Assembly: GCA_028534125.1 (NCBI GenBank)
Contig: CM052816.1
Location: forward strand, 26,414,001-26,478,000
Direction: 5' to 3'
DNA: 64,000 nt
Source of the DNA: Lama glama
Taxonomy: Eukaryota
Shown here: positions 12,761 through 25,545 of the stretch, in pieces
How the letters are laid out: each line of letters begins with the position of its first letter
How positions within the stretch are numbered: the first letter of the stretch is position 1
Translations under genes and position numbers: made by a program
The notes under the pieces: generated by a model
Seen by the model: only the letters and a program-made list of their open reading frames with translations
What the model was told of the DNA's origin: nothing
The model's database searches: none

Positions 12761-13594
12761 TTCCATTGCTCATCCTCTCATGCGGGAATACCTCATGGAT
12801 CCATACTTGCCTGGATCTGTGTTCACTATTCACAACACTACCAGGATGATATACTTGTATAAAGCCATGCCTTTCAACCTGATCTCAAGTACTCCTTTTA
12901 TTCTTTTTCTAAAACTGTTCAGGACTGTGTGGGAAAGAATGGTGCTGCATATTCGGACTTCCTTGGGGCTTCATGAAGGAAAAACTGACAAGTGCATTTG
13001 ATTTGGAGATAAATCTTTTTGTGACTTTTAAGCTGAAAACCGAATTGACGATATAATTAGGGTTCAGTATTATTTTTCTGTAAAGGTATTATACTTTAAA
13101 AACATACCATATTATTTTTGACAAATATTTCCTTTTTACTTTCCCTTTCTTTGATACTTACTCTTTAAAATCCAATGAGTTCTTGGAATACTATAATTCA
13201 GCGTTGGGTTAAGATCATTGCATTGGGATTTGGTAGGAAAGTGATCTTGCTTGAATGTTGACACTTTTACTAGGCATATCTGAGAAGCATATTTACAGAG
13301 TCAGTTTGTAGCCAAGGCTAAAGCCTCTTGGGAGCAGTAATCAACATTGTTTCAAAGGATCAAGTAGCATCTGTGAGTTTGGAATATGCCTAAATGTGAA
13401 AAGATAAAGGCAGGAAATGTACATGCCAGAAGAATGACATCGAAAGGCACAAAGAGCAGAGCTTTGAGATTCTGTTCCCAACATTTCATAAGCTTTCCTA
13501 GGAAAAGTGTGCTTCTGCTCTTGTTTTAAGAAAACTTTTACTTTAAAAATTATCTGGGTCATTTGTATTAAGTAGCTCAACTGATTAAGTGACC

Positions 13595-14400
13595 ATTTAA
13601 GTTTAAAATTTCATGCAAGTTCATTGTAAAACACTTAGATTATACTGAAAGATGTAAAGAAGAAAAAGAAAGCAAGTCATATTCCCAAGATTCAAATATA
13701 AATGTTAATATTTTGCTCTGTATACATGCATACTTTTTAAGACTTACACAGTATTTTAACATACTTACAAAAATGCAACATATTATACATACTGTGGAAA
13801 CTGATTGTTAACACTTCCTAATGTATGCTTAATTCTAGTTAATATTCCATGGATGCTGCTTGAAAATAAGATGCATTCTGTGTTTTCAGAGAGTAGAGCT
13901 TGATATGTAACAGTACATAGAATGACCTTACTTGTTCTACAGTCACAGACTGCATTTCTCACTAATCTTCTGTTTCTGTAAGCTTTTCTTAGGTTTCAAT
14001 TTTTTCCTCTTTAAATTTTAATTGTACTCAATTTTGTACATAAAGTCTTGTGATAAGCCTTACTTTTACACACTGTCCTTCATCAAATAGCTACCCTTTT
14101 TAATATGTTTTACTTTCAGTTCCACCAGTTCTGTTATTAATGTTGTGACTCTTAATGTTTTATTTGTTTGCATTTTCTTGCTGCATTTTTCCCTCTTTTG
14201 AGTCACTTTCTTTTATGTGTGTTTGTAGCTGGTGGCCTCAGCAATAGTTGGATTCTTTTGACTTGAACTAAAACTCTTTTCTTAGTTTTTTTCTTTAAAA
14301 TAGGTAGGTTAATTCATACATATTTATTATACTCTACAGTAAGTTGTATTTGGTCTTTTAAATTTGTATTTTCTTTTTCAAAATACTTTTTACTCATTTC
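13595..14400 (-). mobile_element. Degraded L1ME-like fragments
   Basis: 'ttcattgtaaaacacttag...taaagaagaaaa' and 'atattccatggatgc...gaaaataagatgcattctg'. Confidence 0.5.
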
Positions 14401-14879
14401 ATTTTTCTCCTAATTAATTTTCTTAAAAAAATTCTTATCTTTATTTCATCTTATTTATTTTATTTAATATTGCCTATTTCTCATTAACAAAAACAATTGT
14501 ATGACATGCCAGATCAATTAATTTTTGTAATCTATATGTTTCTGTTTCATTAAATCATGGGAAAAATTTTATCATATTGTCAAATGAAAGAATGCTGCTA
14601 TTTCTGTTTTTGTATTTGAGATTTATTTGTTTACTGTCAAAAGCAGAGCCTCAGACTTTGAAACAGACATATAGATAGATCTGACTAAAGAAATATCAGG
14701 ATTTGTAACATATTCCTTGCATTATTAATAGTTTATAATTTGGCTATCCATGACACTGCATTATTATAAATTCGTTAAGAATAGCATATGGATTTATTAT
14801 TTTGTTTTCCTGACTTTAAAAAGTGATTAATGAAAAAAATGGATAAATGAATTATATTAAATCTACCCTAAATTAATCT

Positions 14880-14993
14880 TGGCCATTTTAATCCTTACAA
14901 CAACCTTTGAAACAGATTCTATTATTTCCCCCATAGAAAAGTTAAATAATTACCCACAGCTACAAAAAGCAAAAAAAAAAAAAAAAAAAAAAA
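14880..14993 (-). mobile_element. MIR fragment followed by a poly(A) run
   Basis: 'ttaatccttacaacaaccttt...tattatttccccca'; A-run at about 14971-14993. Confidence 0.55.
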
Positions 14994-15349
14994 GGACCTC
15001 TGAGTAAGCCAATCTTAGTATCACCATAACCATTATTTAAACTTAGGCAGTTATACTTTGTATATTGCAACTTTACACAATAAAATGAGCTTGATCATCT
15101 GGTCTCCAAGCTCACAGCAGAACAGAAGAAAACTAGAGTAGGGAGCAGAAGCTTAGAGGGACAAACATTTTGACAGTAGTGAGAAGTGATAGTCAACAAC
15201 CTAATAGCAAGGAAAAGACATGAGCTATGGAAAGCAATCCTCTAGATGAAAACTGGGACTATTTTAGTGGAGGTGCTCAAAATTCTACCCTATATTGCTC
15301 TTTTAAATTAAAGTAATATTTAATGTTTACATTATGACTATGTAAATGT

Positions 15350-15975
15350 TTTTACTGAGTCACTTAGTACCTACTTATTTAAGCTGAGCAACTTACTGCT
15401 TTCCCTGGAGGTAATAATGCCTCATCTTCTCTATTAGTTTTCCAGATGCCTATTACTGATTAATTCTCAAACTCCGATGTTACTGAAAAGTGTCTTCTAA
15501 TGTAGTCAGATGCTTCAGGTATGTTTTTTCTTAGAGTCATCCTTCTGCAGCCTCACATGCTTCTGCTTCAGTCTGAACAGGTTCTCTGTATGCCTGAGAG
15601 TCATCTTTGCTCCTAGAACTTCTCATCACCATTTTCTTGGTTAAACTTGGTTAAAACTTAGTTAAAAGTTTAGCTGGTTGTAAAATTCTTCAGAATTTTG
15701 ATGACCTTTCTCAATTGTCTTCTAGATTCCAGTATTACTCTTGAAAAGTCAGATGCTGTGCTGATTCCCATGCCGTTAGATGTTACCTGTTTTTCTTTAT
15801 GGAAGCCCCAGGGTCTGAAGTTTCAGAATGATAGGTCTTGCTTTATTGAGATATAGTTTACGTATTATAAAATATGCCAATTTTCAGTGTATAATTAGGT
15901 GAGTTTTGATACATATATAGTCATATAATCTCTATTGCATCATGATATAAAATATTTCCAGTATTCCAAATCTCC
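15350..15975 (-). mobile_element. Old LINE-1 fragments, including a 3' terminus at ~15842-15970
   Basis: 'ttgaaaagtcagatgctgtgctgatt' and 'ttttattgagatatagtttac...gtgagttttga'. Confidence 0.55.
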
Positions 15976-16114
15976 TAGTTAATTTTTCTGTGACATTTTT
16001 ATCCTTCTACTTTCACCCTCTCCTCCTTTTAATTCTATCATTGGTTATTTCTATGTCTTTAAAAAACTTAATTTTTCTACAGTTAACTCTCTCAGCAGTG
16101 AAATACTGGCAATT

Positions 16115-17340
16115 TATTCTTTTTTTTTAATTAGAGAACTATTTTATAGTGTTTTCAGATTTGCAGCTCCTGTATAATCCCTGCCACTCCATTCGCATAA
16201 CCTCCCTGATGATCACATCCCACAGCAGAGTGGTACATTTGTTAAAACTGGTGAACCTCCATTGACACATCATGATCACCCAAAGTCCACAGTTTATATA
16301 GAGGTTTGCTCTTGGGGTTGTACATTCTGTGGGTTTTTACACATAGATCCACCACTGTAGTATCATGCAGAATAGGTTTACTATTCCTCTGTGCTCTGTC
16401 TACTCATCCTCTGTGTTCTGCCTATGCTCTGTCTACCCTAAATCCTGGTAACCACTGAACCTCTTACTGCCTCCGTGGTTCTACCTTTTCCAGAGTGTCC
16501 TATAGTTGTAATTACATAGCTTAAAGCCTTCTCAAATTGGCTTCTTTCACTTAGTAATATACATTTAGGATTCGTCGGTGTCATTTCATGACTTGATAGC
16601 TTATTTCTTTTTAACACTGGATAATATACTGTTGTCCAAATTATTTAGTTTACTTATCTATTCACCTACTGAAGGACATCCTAGTTGCTTCTAAGTTTTG
16701 GCAGTTAGGAACACTACTTTTATAAACATCTGTGTGCAGGTTTTTGTGTGGACATAAGATTTCAGTTCACTTTGGTAAATTCCAGAGAATACAGTTGATG
16801 GATCGTATGGTAAAAGCATGCTTAATTTTGTAAGAAACTGCCAAACTATCTTCCAGAAGGTCTGTACCGTTTTGTATTCTCACCTGTTAGAGAGTTCCTG
16901 TTGCTCTGTATCCTTTCCAGCATGGGATGTTGTCACTGTTTTGGATTTTGGCCTTTCCAACATGTGTGTTGTAAGTAGCTCATTGTTTTAATTAGCAGTT
17001 CCCAATGTCATATGACAATGAACATCTTTTCATCTGTAGATCTTCTTTGGTGAAATGTCTGTTGAGGTATTTTGCCTCCTTTTTAAATTGAGTTGTTCAT
17101 TTGACCTTCAAGAATTATTTGTATAGTTTGGATAACAGTCCTTTACTACATAGGCCTTTTAAAATATTTTCTCAGAAACAGTGGCTTGTCTTCTCTTTCT
17201 CTTGTCCTTGTCTTTCTCAGAGGAGGAATTTGCAATTTTAATCACATTTATCATTTCCTTCTTTCAGGAATTGTGCCTTTGGTGTTTTTCTAAAATATCA
17301 TTGCCATACCCAAAGTCACTGAGATTTCTACTATGCAGTG

Positions 17341-17377
<37 letters not shown>

Positions 17378-18140
17378 ATAAGTATTATATAACATTATAT
17401 ATATTATTATATATGCTTTATATGTGTGTGTGTGTATATATATATGTTTTATAGTTTTGTGTTTTACATTTAGGTCTCTGATTCATTCTGAGTAAATTTT
17501 TGTTTAGGTTGTGAGGTCCGTATTGAGGTTTGTTTTATTTTTTGTAGGTGTCCAGTTATCCAAGAATCACTTGTCAAAAAGTGACTATCTTTTCTCCACT
17601 GTATTGCCTTTGCTCCTTTGTCAGAAGTCAGTTAACAGTATTTATGTGGGTCTATTTCTGGGCTTTCCATTATGTTTCATTGACCTGTTTATTGAACTCT
17701 TTGTCCAGTGCCACAGTGTCTTGATTACTGTCGCTTTAAGTAAGTCTTAAGTCAGATAGTATCCAGTCCTTCAATTTTGTTCTTTTCCTTCAATATTATG
17801 TTGGCTATTCTGGGTCTTTTGCCTCTCCATATAAACTTCAGTGTCATCTTGTCAATATCCACAAAATAATTTGCTGGTATTTTGATTGGGATTGGGTGAA
17901 TCTATGGATTAAGTTGGGAAGAACTGATACCTTGACAATATTGAGTCTTCCTATCCATGAACATGGAATATCTCTACACTTATTTAGCTGTTCTTTGGTA
18001 TCTTTCATCAGACTACAGTTTTCCTCATATGTCTTACATGTGTTTTGTTAGATTTGTACCTAAGTATTTTATTTGGGGAGTGCTAAAGTAAATGGTAATG
18101 TATTTTAACTTCAGATTCCACTGGTTCATTGTTTGCATGG
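16115..18140 (-). mobile_element. LINE-1, L1MC1/L1MC2-like: 3' UTR plus end of ORF2, with an internal (TG)n/(TA)n at 17337-17445
   Basis: 'cagagtggtacatttgttaaaactggtgaacctccattgacacatcatgatcacccaaagtcca' 3' UTR motif, continuing into ORF2-antisense sequence. Confidence 0.88.
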
Positions 18141-18204
18141 TATCTGACTACATGTACAGACTTACTTCAGCTATAATATTATTTAACAAATATTTACAGA
18201 ATTT

Positions 18205-18682
18205 GCCCTTTTTTAACCTTTTTCTCCCATTTCTTCTACCACCGTGCCCCCACCTCTGGTAGCTACCAACGTGATCTTTTTCTTTGAACTTGGTGTTTGT
18301 TTTTTAGATTCCATATATGAGAGGTCATACAGTACGTGTCTTACTTTGTCTGACTTATGTCACTTGGTATAACGCTATTGAGGTCCATCCATGTTGTTGC
18401 AAGTGGCAAAATTTAATTCTTTATTATCACTGACAACTATCCCATTGTATATGTATACCACAGTTTCTTTATCCATTCATTCATCCATCCATACATAGAC
18501 ACTTAGGTTTCTTCCATGCCTTGGCTATTGTAAATAATGCTGCAGTGAACATGCAGATACATATATCTTCCTGAGTTACTGTTTTCAAACTCTTTGGAGA
18601 AATACCCAAAAGTAGAACTCCTGGATCAGATGGTAGTTCTATTTATAACTTTTTTAGGAACTTCACGCTGTTTTCCATAGCG
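18205..18682 (-). mobile_element. 5'-truncated LINE-1 3' end
   Basis: 'tttagattccatata', 'ttggctattgtaaataatgctgcagtgaacatg', 'ggtagttctattt'. Confidence 0.85.
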
Positions 18683-19877
18683 TCCTGTCATCTTTTTCTT
18701 TGTTTATTGATTACAACTTTTATGCAGCTGGATTAGAAAGGCCAAGGAATGGTCTCCGCTCCACCACTGAATCTCTTCCTTGAAAGGAGATGAGTATTGG
18801 CTTTGGTGTGTCCATTTCATTTTATCTAATTTGTTCTCTGTGTGGCTGAAATTCCCTATACCTTTGATTGTTCTTCAGTTTCAAGAGTTATGTGGTTTTT
18901 TTTTCCCCTCTGTCTCTTTAAAATTTTGTTTTTTTCTTTGTAATTTTGTTCAACTTAAGTGGAAAAAGGGTTTATAAACTTCTACATTGCTTGCTTTTCC
19001 AGAAGTTATCCATTTCTTCTATTAAAAAATGTTGCAGTGAAAGCCTTAGCCCATTTTCATTGGCACCATTTCATTTTTATCACACTGAAAAATGAAAGAG
19101 GGCTGAAAACTTAATTAGCATGAAGATTTTTTTGGAAGAACCTAGAAATGAGTAGCTTCTAAGAGATGCTATATGTACAATCCCAGGAGAATTTTCAGTT
19201 TGTCCTCTTTGAATAACTACAGTAGAATAAAGACACTGTTAGTATATATAACTGCCATTTACGAAGATGCACTCTAGAGTTTGTGCTTATTTACTGTCTA
19301 CCCCAATATTATATAAATAAGGTGAATTCAGAGGTATACCTTGACACCCAGGACACTGGACCTGTACAATGCATGTGTTTTAGTTATCTTGCTTCTTTGC
19401 CCTACAGAAATGTGCTCACCTGGTAAAATAAATTCTTTTTTTTTTCCTTTGCTTTTCTCTTTCTTTTATAAAATCTAATTTACCTAAACACTTCATTTGA
19501 TGACTATTAAAACTAAACAAATGCCTTCCCCTTCCTTCTCTATTTTTGAATAGGCTATCCAGACTATCACTTCCTCCAAATAATTTACTCACCCTTATTT
19601 TTGCTTGAATGCCACAAAAAATGGCTATCCTATGAGGTGATTGGGATTTTAAGACTACTGATCCTTTGTGTAACATTTCATCTTTTAGGACATATGTATC
19701 TACATAATCCTGAGCCATCTTAATTGTTGTATTATTTATAGTGAGTTGAATTAAAATTACAGTAGGCAACTGGTGCTTGCTTTCTGTTGAAGAATGAATG
19801 ACCTGGTCCTCTAACATGTGTATTTTTCTCTGTTACCTTTCTTTTCTCTCATTCTCTTCCAAGTATTCTGTGACAGG

Positions 19878-20444
19878 TGTGGTGGCAGGCAAAATTTTGT
19901 CTGAATGAGCTCTACCTCCTGTTGGTTATGTTATGTTACATGAAAAGGGGGACCTTGCAGATGCATTTAAGGTTTTGAATCAGTTGATTTTAAGATACAG
20001 AAATTATGTTGGATTATCTCTGGGCCCAATCTAATCACATGAGCCCTTAAAAGCAAAAGTGGGAAGTAAGGAAAAAAAGCAGGAAATTCATAGTGTAAGG
20101 AGGACTCAGTATGTCATTGGGACTTTGATGATGGAAGGAACCAGATGCAGAGGAATGAGGTAGTGTCTAGGAGCAGACTGCAGATCCTGGGTGACAGCCA
20201 GCAAGGAGATGGGGACCTCATTCCTCTAAGACCTCCAGAAAGAAGGCCTAATCCAGCCAAAACTTTAAATTTGATCTTGTAAAACTCAGAGCAGCGGATC
20301 CAGTCAATCCTACCCAAATTTTTGACTTATAGAAGCTATGGGAAAGTAAATCTAGTGGGGAAAAAAAATGAAGACAATAAATGGATATAGTAAGCTACTA
20401 AATTTTCTGTGATTTGTTACAACATCAATAGAAAACTAATGTCA
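19878..20444 (+). mobile_element. MaLR solo LTR (MLT1E/MLT1F-like)
   Basis: 'ttatgttacatgaaaagggggaccttgcagatg', 'gggcccaatctaatcacatgagcccttaaaagc', end 'tttgttacaacatcaatagaaaactaat'. Confidence 0.85.
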
Positions 20445-22229
20445 TCCATCGGCTGGAGGAGAGACCAAATGGAATTGGATGTGGTATGGAAAACTGATGC
20501 CAATAAGAGCTCCTTGCAAAGAATGGCATATCTGCTGAGTCAGTGTGAGTGACCTCTCTGGGTCTGAGGCTGTGAGTTAGGCAAACAAAGGAAACTGAAA
20601 GTAAACTTCCCTTTGGGGGCAAGATAACTTAAATTGTAGAAAGTTGGACAAATGGAGCTTCCTCTCAGAGTGGGAAAGGCAAGGAGCAGGCACAGCAGTC
20701 AGAGAGCCTGTGAGAAGGGGCTTCCTCCAAAATAGACAAGCCCAGGAAACAAATTCTGGGCCTTTAAAAATACACAGATTCAGATTTTTACCATTTCCTT
20801 TTTAATTGGATTAATTTTTTAAAAAAGGAATCTAGAAAATGATACACATATTTAGAGGAATAAGTTATAAAGAAGAAATCACTTATGATCAGAAAAGATT
20901 CCATGGGTATAAGAACTTGATTGCAAATTAAAAAAAAATTTTTAAATGAATAGCTTGCAAGAGAGAAAGAAAATAAATTAATTCAGGTAATGAAAAGGAA
21001 AACCTGATACAGAAGAGACATAAGAAAAGGCAATGAAATAAAAGATGAAAAACATCAAAGAAAGATCAAGAAGGTGTGTGTGTGTCTCTGTGAGTGTGTG
21101 TGTGTGTATATAACAGGTATATAACAGATACACCATTTGGCATGAAGTACTAAATAAAGAGCAGAGGAGAAAAAAATTTTTAATAACTTCCTAATTTTGC
21201 TTGGTGTTGGAAATGATCTCTAGTGAAAACCTGCCATGAAAAATCAACAACTGAATGTATTTAATTCTAAAAAGAAGCATTCAGAGCACAGTCCTAAGTA
21301 TTTTCAGAAATCCAACTCCCTATTTTAAAAAGCACGAAAAATATGGACAAAAAGGATGGAACAGAGCCTGCCTTCAGCTGCCCCAGACTGGTCATGGTGG
21401 GAGCAGGGGCAGTTCTGTGTCTAGTTTTCCCAGCTGTGGAATAGGCGTGGCTAGGCGGGAGACCAAAGCCCTACCCAGCTCTGGCTTCATAATTCTTCCT
21501 TATTGTTTGTAATTTTCAGTTGTCTCTTAGACCTACACCTGAAGTTTTGCTACAAGGTGTTTCAGCATAAGGTGGTCACAGACAGAAGCTAAAACACTCA
21601 TCCCATCTTTAGGCTGACCATGTAAAAAGGCTCCTACCAGAGTTCACCTACAAGCTCCCATTGTTCCTCCAGACTCCCACATGGGGCGCTGCCAGGCCAC
21701 TTCACATGGGTTCAGTAATAACCAGAAAAAAATAATGAAAAAGTGCCAAGAACTCTTACACATATGATTAGATTAAAGATAGATTAAAAATAATTCTATG
21801 AACATATGAGAGGGGGAAGTTATATCCAAATAAAAGTACAAAGGCTTGAGAATTCTTTTCAACACTAAACACCAAAAGACAACAGAAGATACTGTATTTG
21901 AAATGACGTTTTCTTCTAATTAAAACATGATACCTGGAGTGAGAGAAGAAGAGTCAATATGTAGGGAGGGTCAAGGAAGCCATGAGAAAAGAGGGGGGAC
22001 AGCTATCTCTAGAGTCTTAGAGACTGTACTGTCCTTCTGAATATTTTTAATGAGCTTCCTTTAAACAGTGGCATTTGTTTATATGTTCAATAAATATTTA
22101 AGGTCACAAGGAAGGAAATAAATCTAGTCATAATCCCACCACTCATGGGACACTACCAATAATGATCACTTTTGGAAGGTAGTTACATATTTCCTTACCC
22201 TGACTGAGATCACAGGATGCATAACTGAA

Positions 22230-23270
22230 AATACATACTGACAACTTCCCAAGTTAGCCCCAGCCCAGACCCCTCCATCAGCTTCAAACCCCGCTTTCTG
22301 CTGTGCATCCTCATTTGAATGTGGAGGTTAGCATATCTAAAATAAAGGGCTTGATTTGTGGCTCTTCTCTTCCCATAATTCTCTCCTTTTCATTTTCCTC
22401 ACATTAGAAATTAGTATCACCCTCCACTCAGTTTTTCTCCTTGAGTTATAAAGCTGGAAATCAGTCCTTACCTCTTCTCCTTTTCCTTAATGCCTTCATC
22501 CAAATTATCAGAAAATCTTAGTCATTCCATTTCTAAAACACACCTTGGATCTGGCCACTGTTTATAAAACAGAATTCAGTCTATGCACGCCACTTCCCTT
22601 TCTCACCTGGGATGCTAGGTTGCCTCCTGTCTGCTCTCCTTACTTCTCATGCTTCTCTTCAATCAGTTCTGCACTAGAAAGTGGTTCATTTTTCATTTTT
22701 TGGTTTTTTTCTTTTTAAACAAACCAGATCATGTTTAAAATCAATTTTTAACAGTTGAAAAAGAAATACTTGTACAAAGAAATAAATCTAAACCTCTTAC
22801 TTTTAAAACCTCGTAAAGCTTTTGAGGTCATCAATGAACAAGTCTCTCACTACCACTCAGCCTTGTAGGTCATGATTCCCTGTGCATGGAATGTGCTTTA
22901 GTCACGGAACATTCCATCAGTTTGCAGACTGTTTCGTGTTCTCACTCCTCTTGAGCTCTTCACATGTGCTGTTCCTACTATTTGAACTGTTGTCACTACC
23001 ATTCATGTGACTTCATGTTTCTAATGACCGACGTTTTCTCTTTGCAAAGAGAGGCTTTCAGGCCGCCTGATAGTGGAGAGCTGCACTCCTCCAGCTTACT
23101 TCCTGTTACATACACCAAAGTTGGTGGTTATATATTTGTTTAGTTCTTTGTCTCTTCTACAGTACTATAAGCTTCTTTCAGGTAGAAGCCATGTATTTTT
23201 TTTTAACTCTTCACATAGTTAACCCTGCTCCAGTGTTGAGAATTTAATGGGTGCTCCATAAATACATTTT
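22230..23270 (+). mobile_element. L2 LINE fragment
   Basis: Pyrimidine-rich sense L2 motifs ending 'tataagcttctttcaggtagaagccatgt...gtgctccataaatacattttga'. Confidence 0.65.
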
Positions 23271-23444
23271 GAAAAAATATGAACATTTTTCTTTATTATA
23301 GAGGCTTCAAAAACATGATTTTTTCTTAGCTGCAAAATATTTCAGTATAGGAATGAATAATAATGTATCTAATCATTGATTATTAAATGCTTAGTTTTTT
23401 GCAGTTCTTCACATAAAGTGCCAATGTATTCAAACAAAATTTTT

Positions 23445-25545
23445 TTAACTTTTAAAATTTAATTTTATTGTGGTAAGAACATACAACATGAGATCTACCT
23501 GCTCATCAGTTTTCAAGTGTACAATACAGTATTGTTGCCTACAGGTACAATGTTGTGCTTCAGATCTCTGGAGTTTATTCATCTTACTTTATTGAAAGTG
23601 TATGCTCCTTGATTAGTAACTGCCCATTTATCCCTTCCGCAGCCCCTAGCAACCACTTCTGTAAGTCTACTTTAGATACCTCATGTGCGAAGAATCGTGC
23701 AGCATTTGTCCTTCTGTGTCTGGCATATTTACCTTAGCATAACATCTTTAAGATTCATCATACTGTTGCATAATTTCTGCCCACTTATATATATATAACA
23801 TATACTCCTCATTGATTTGTACATGGACGTTTAGGTTGTTTTCACATCTCGGACATTCTGAGTAGTTCTGCAATTAACATGGTGCTAATAATGTTAAGAT
23901 TCTGATTTCAGTTCCTTTGGATAAATACCCAGAAGTGGGATTGCTGAATAATATGGTGGCTTGATTTTTAATGTTTTGACAAAATGCCACACTGTTTTCC
24001 ATAGTGGTTGCACCATTTTGCATACCAATAAAGGGGAGAAGCGTTCCATTTTCGCCACATTCTCACTAATACGTGTATTTTTTGCTAAGAGTCATCTTGA
24101 CAGGTATGAGGTGATATCTCATGGTTTTGATTTACTTTACTTAGTTAGTGATGTTGAGCATTTTTATATACCTGTTGGCTATTTATATATGTATTTCTAT
24201 CTATTTTTAATAAATATTTATATTTATTTAATTCTTTGGAGAAATGTGTGTTCAAATCTTCAGCGCATTTTTAAATAAGGTATTCATTATTTGCTCTTGA
24301 GTTGTAGGAGTTCCTTATATATTTTGGAGATAAACCTCTTATCACATACATGGTTTGCAAGTGTATTCTCCCATTCTTTAAGTTGTCTTTTCACTCTTCT
24401 GATTGTTTCCTTTGTTGTGCAGAGCTTTTTAGTTATATGTAGTTCCACTTGTGCTTTGTGCTTTTGGTATCATAGTCATTGCAAGATCAATGTCATGAAG
24501 CTTTCCATCTATGTTTTCTTCTTGGGATTTTACAATTTTAGGCTATAAGTTTTAACCCATTTTGAGATGATTTTTTTGCATAATGTAAGGTAAGGGTCCA
24601 ACTTTATTTTGCACATGGATATCTGATTTTATGTAGCACCATTTGCTGAAGAGATTAGTTTTTCCTTATTGTGCATTCTTGATACCCTTGTCCAAGAGCA
24701 GTTGACCATATATCCTTGGATTTATTTCTGTACTCTGTGTTCTGTTCCATTGGCCTATATGTCTGTTTTTATGCCAGTACTTTACTGTTTTGATTACTAT
24801 AGCTTTGTAGTATATTTTGAAATCAGAAAGTGTGATGTATCAGACTTTGTTCTCCTTTCTCAGTATTAATCTGGCTATTCATGGTCTTTTGTGGCTCCAT
24901 ATAAATTGTAGAGTTGTTTTTCTCTTTTTGTAAAAACTGACCCTGGGATTTTGATAGGGATTGCATAGAATCTGTAGATTACTTTGAGTGGTATGGACAT
25001 TTAACAATATTAATTTGTTCAGTCCATAAAAATACCTTTCCATTTGTTTGTCTCAATATCCTTCATCAGTGTTTTGTAGTTCTCAGTATACAGTTCTTTT
25101 TATCTCCTTAGTTAAATTTATTCCTAAGTATTTTATTCTTTTGGGTACCCTTGAAAATGGAATTGTCTTTGTAACTTCATTTTCAGATAATTCATTGGTA
25201 GTGTCTAGAAACACAACTACTTTTTTGTGTGTTAGTTTTGTATCCTATAACTTTACTGAGTTTGCTCACTAGTTGAAACAATTTTTTGATGGATTCTTTA
25301 GAGTTTTTCGTGCAAAGGTCATGCCATCTACAAATAGGGACAGTTTTACTTCTTTCTTTCCAATTTAGATGCTTTTTATTTCTTTTCTTGCCTCATTGTT
25401 CTGAGTAAGACTTGCAGTACTGTATTGAATGGAAATAGTGAGATTGGACATCCTTGACTTGTTCCTGATGTTGTAAGAAATTCTCAGGTTTTCATCTTGA
25501 ATATGATGTTAGCTGTGGGTTTGTCACATGTGACTTCTATTATTT
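23445..25545 (-). mobile_element. LINE-1, L1MA8/L1MA9-like, 5'-truncated
   Basis: 3' end 'ttttattgtggtaagaacatacaacatgagatctacc...aagtgtacaatacagtattgtt', followed by colinear ORF2-antisense sequence. Confidence 0.9.

Noticed and set aside
12923..13001. Plus-strand acceptor followed by a short frame (TVWERMVLHIRTSLGLHEGKTDKCI*)
   Set aside because: The peptide is not recognised, no clear donor follows, and such acceptors are frequent by chance.
14966..14993. Poly(A) run as the tail of a retrocopy
   Set aside because: No TSD or gene-like sequence upstream; it lies at the end of a MIR fragment.
15643..15668. (cttggttaaa)-like short tandem repeat x3
   Set aside because: Simple slippage inside degraded L1; there are no spacers, so it is not CRISPR-like.
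19408..19422. 15-nt plus-strand micro-exon (cctacag|AAATGTGCTCACCTG|gtaaaa)
   Set aside because: The donor is weak and there is no supporting context.
19416..19817. 133-aa minus-strand ORF, the longest outside repeats, ending at a CAG|GTGAGC donor-like site
   Set aside because: No recognisable domain, the C-terminus comes from a T-rich low-complexity tract, and about one ORF this long is plausible by chance in six frames of 64 kb.
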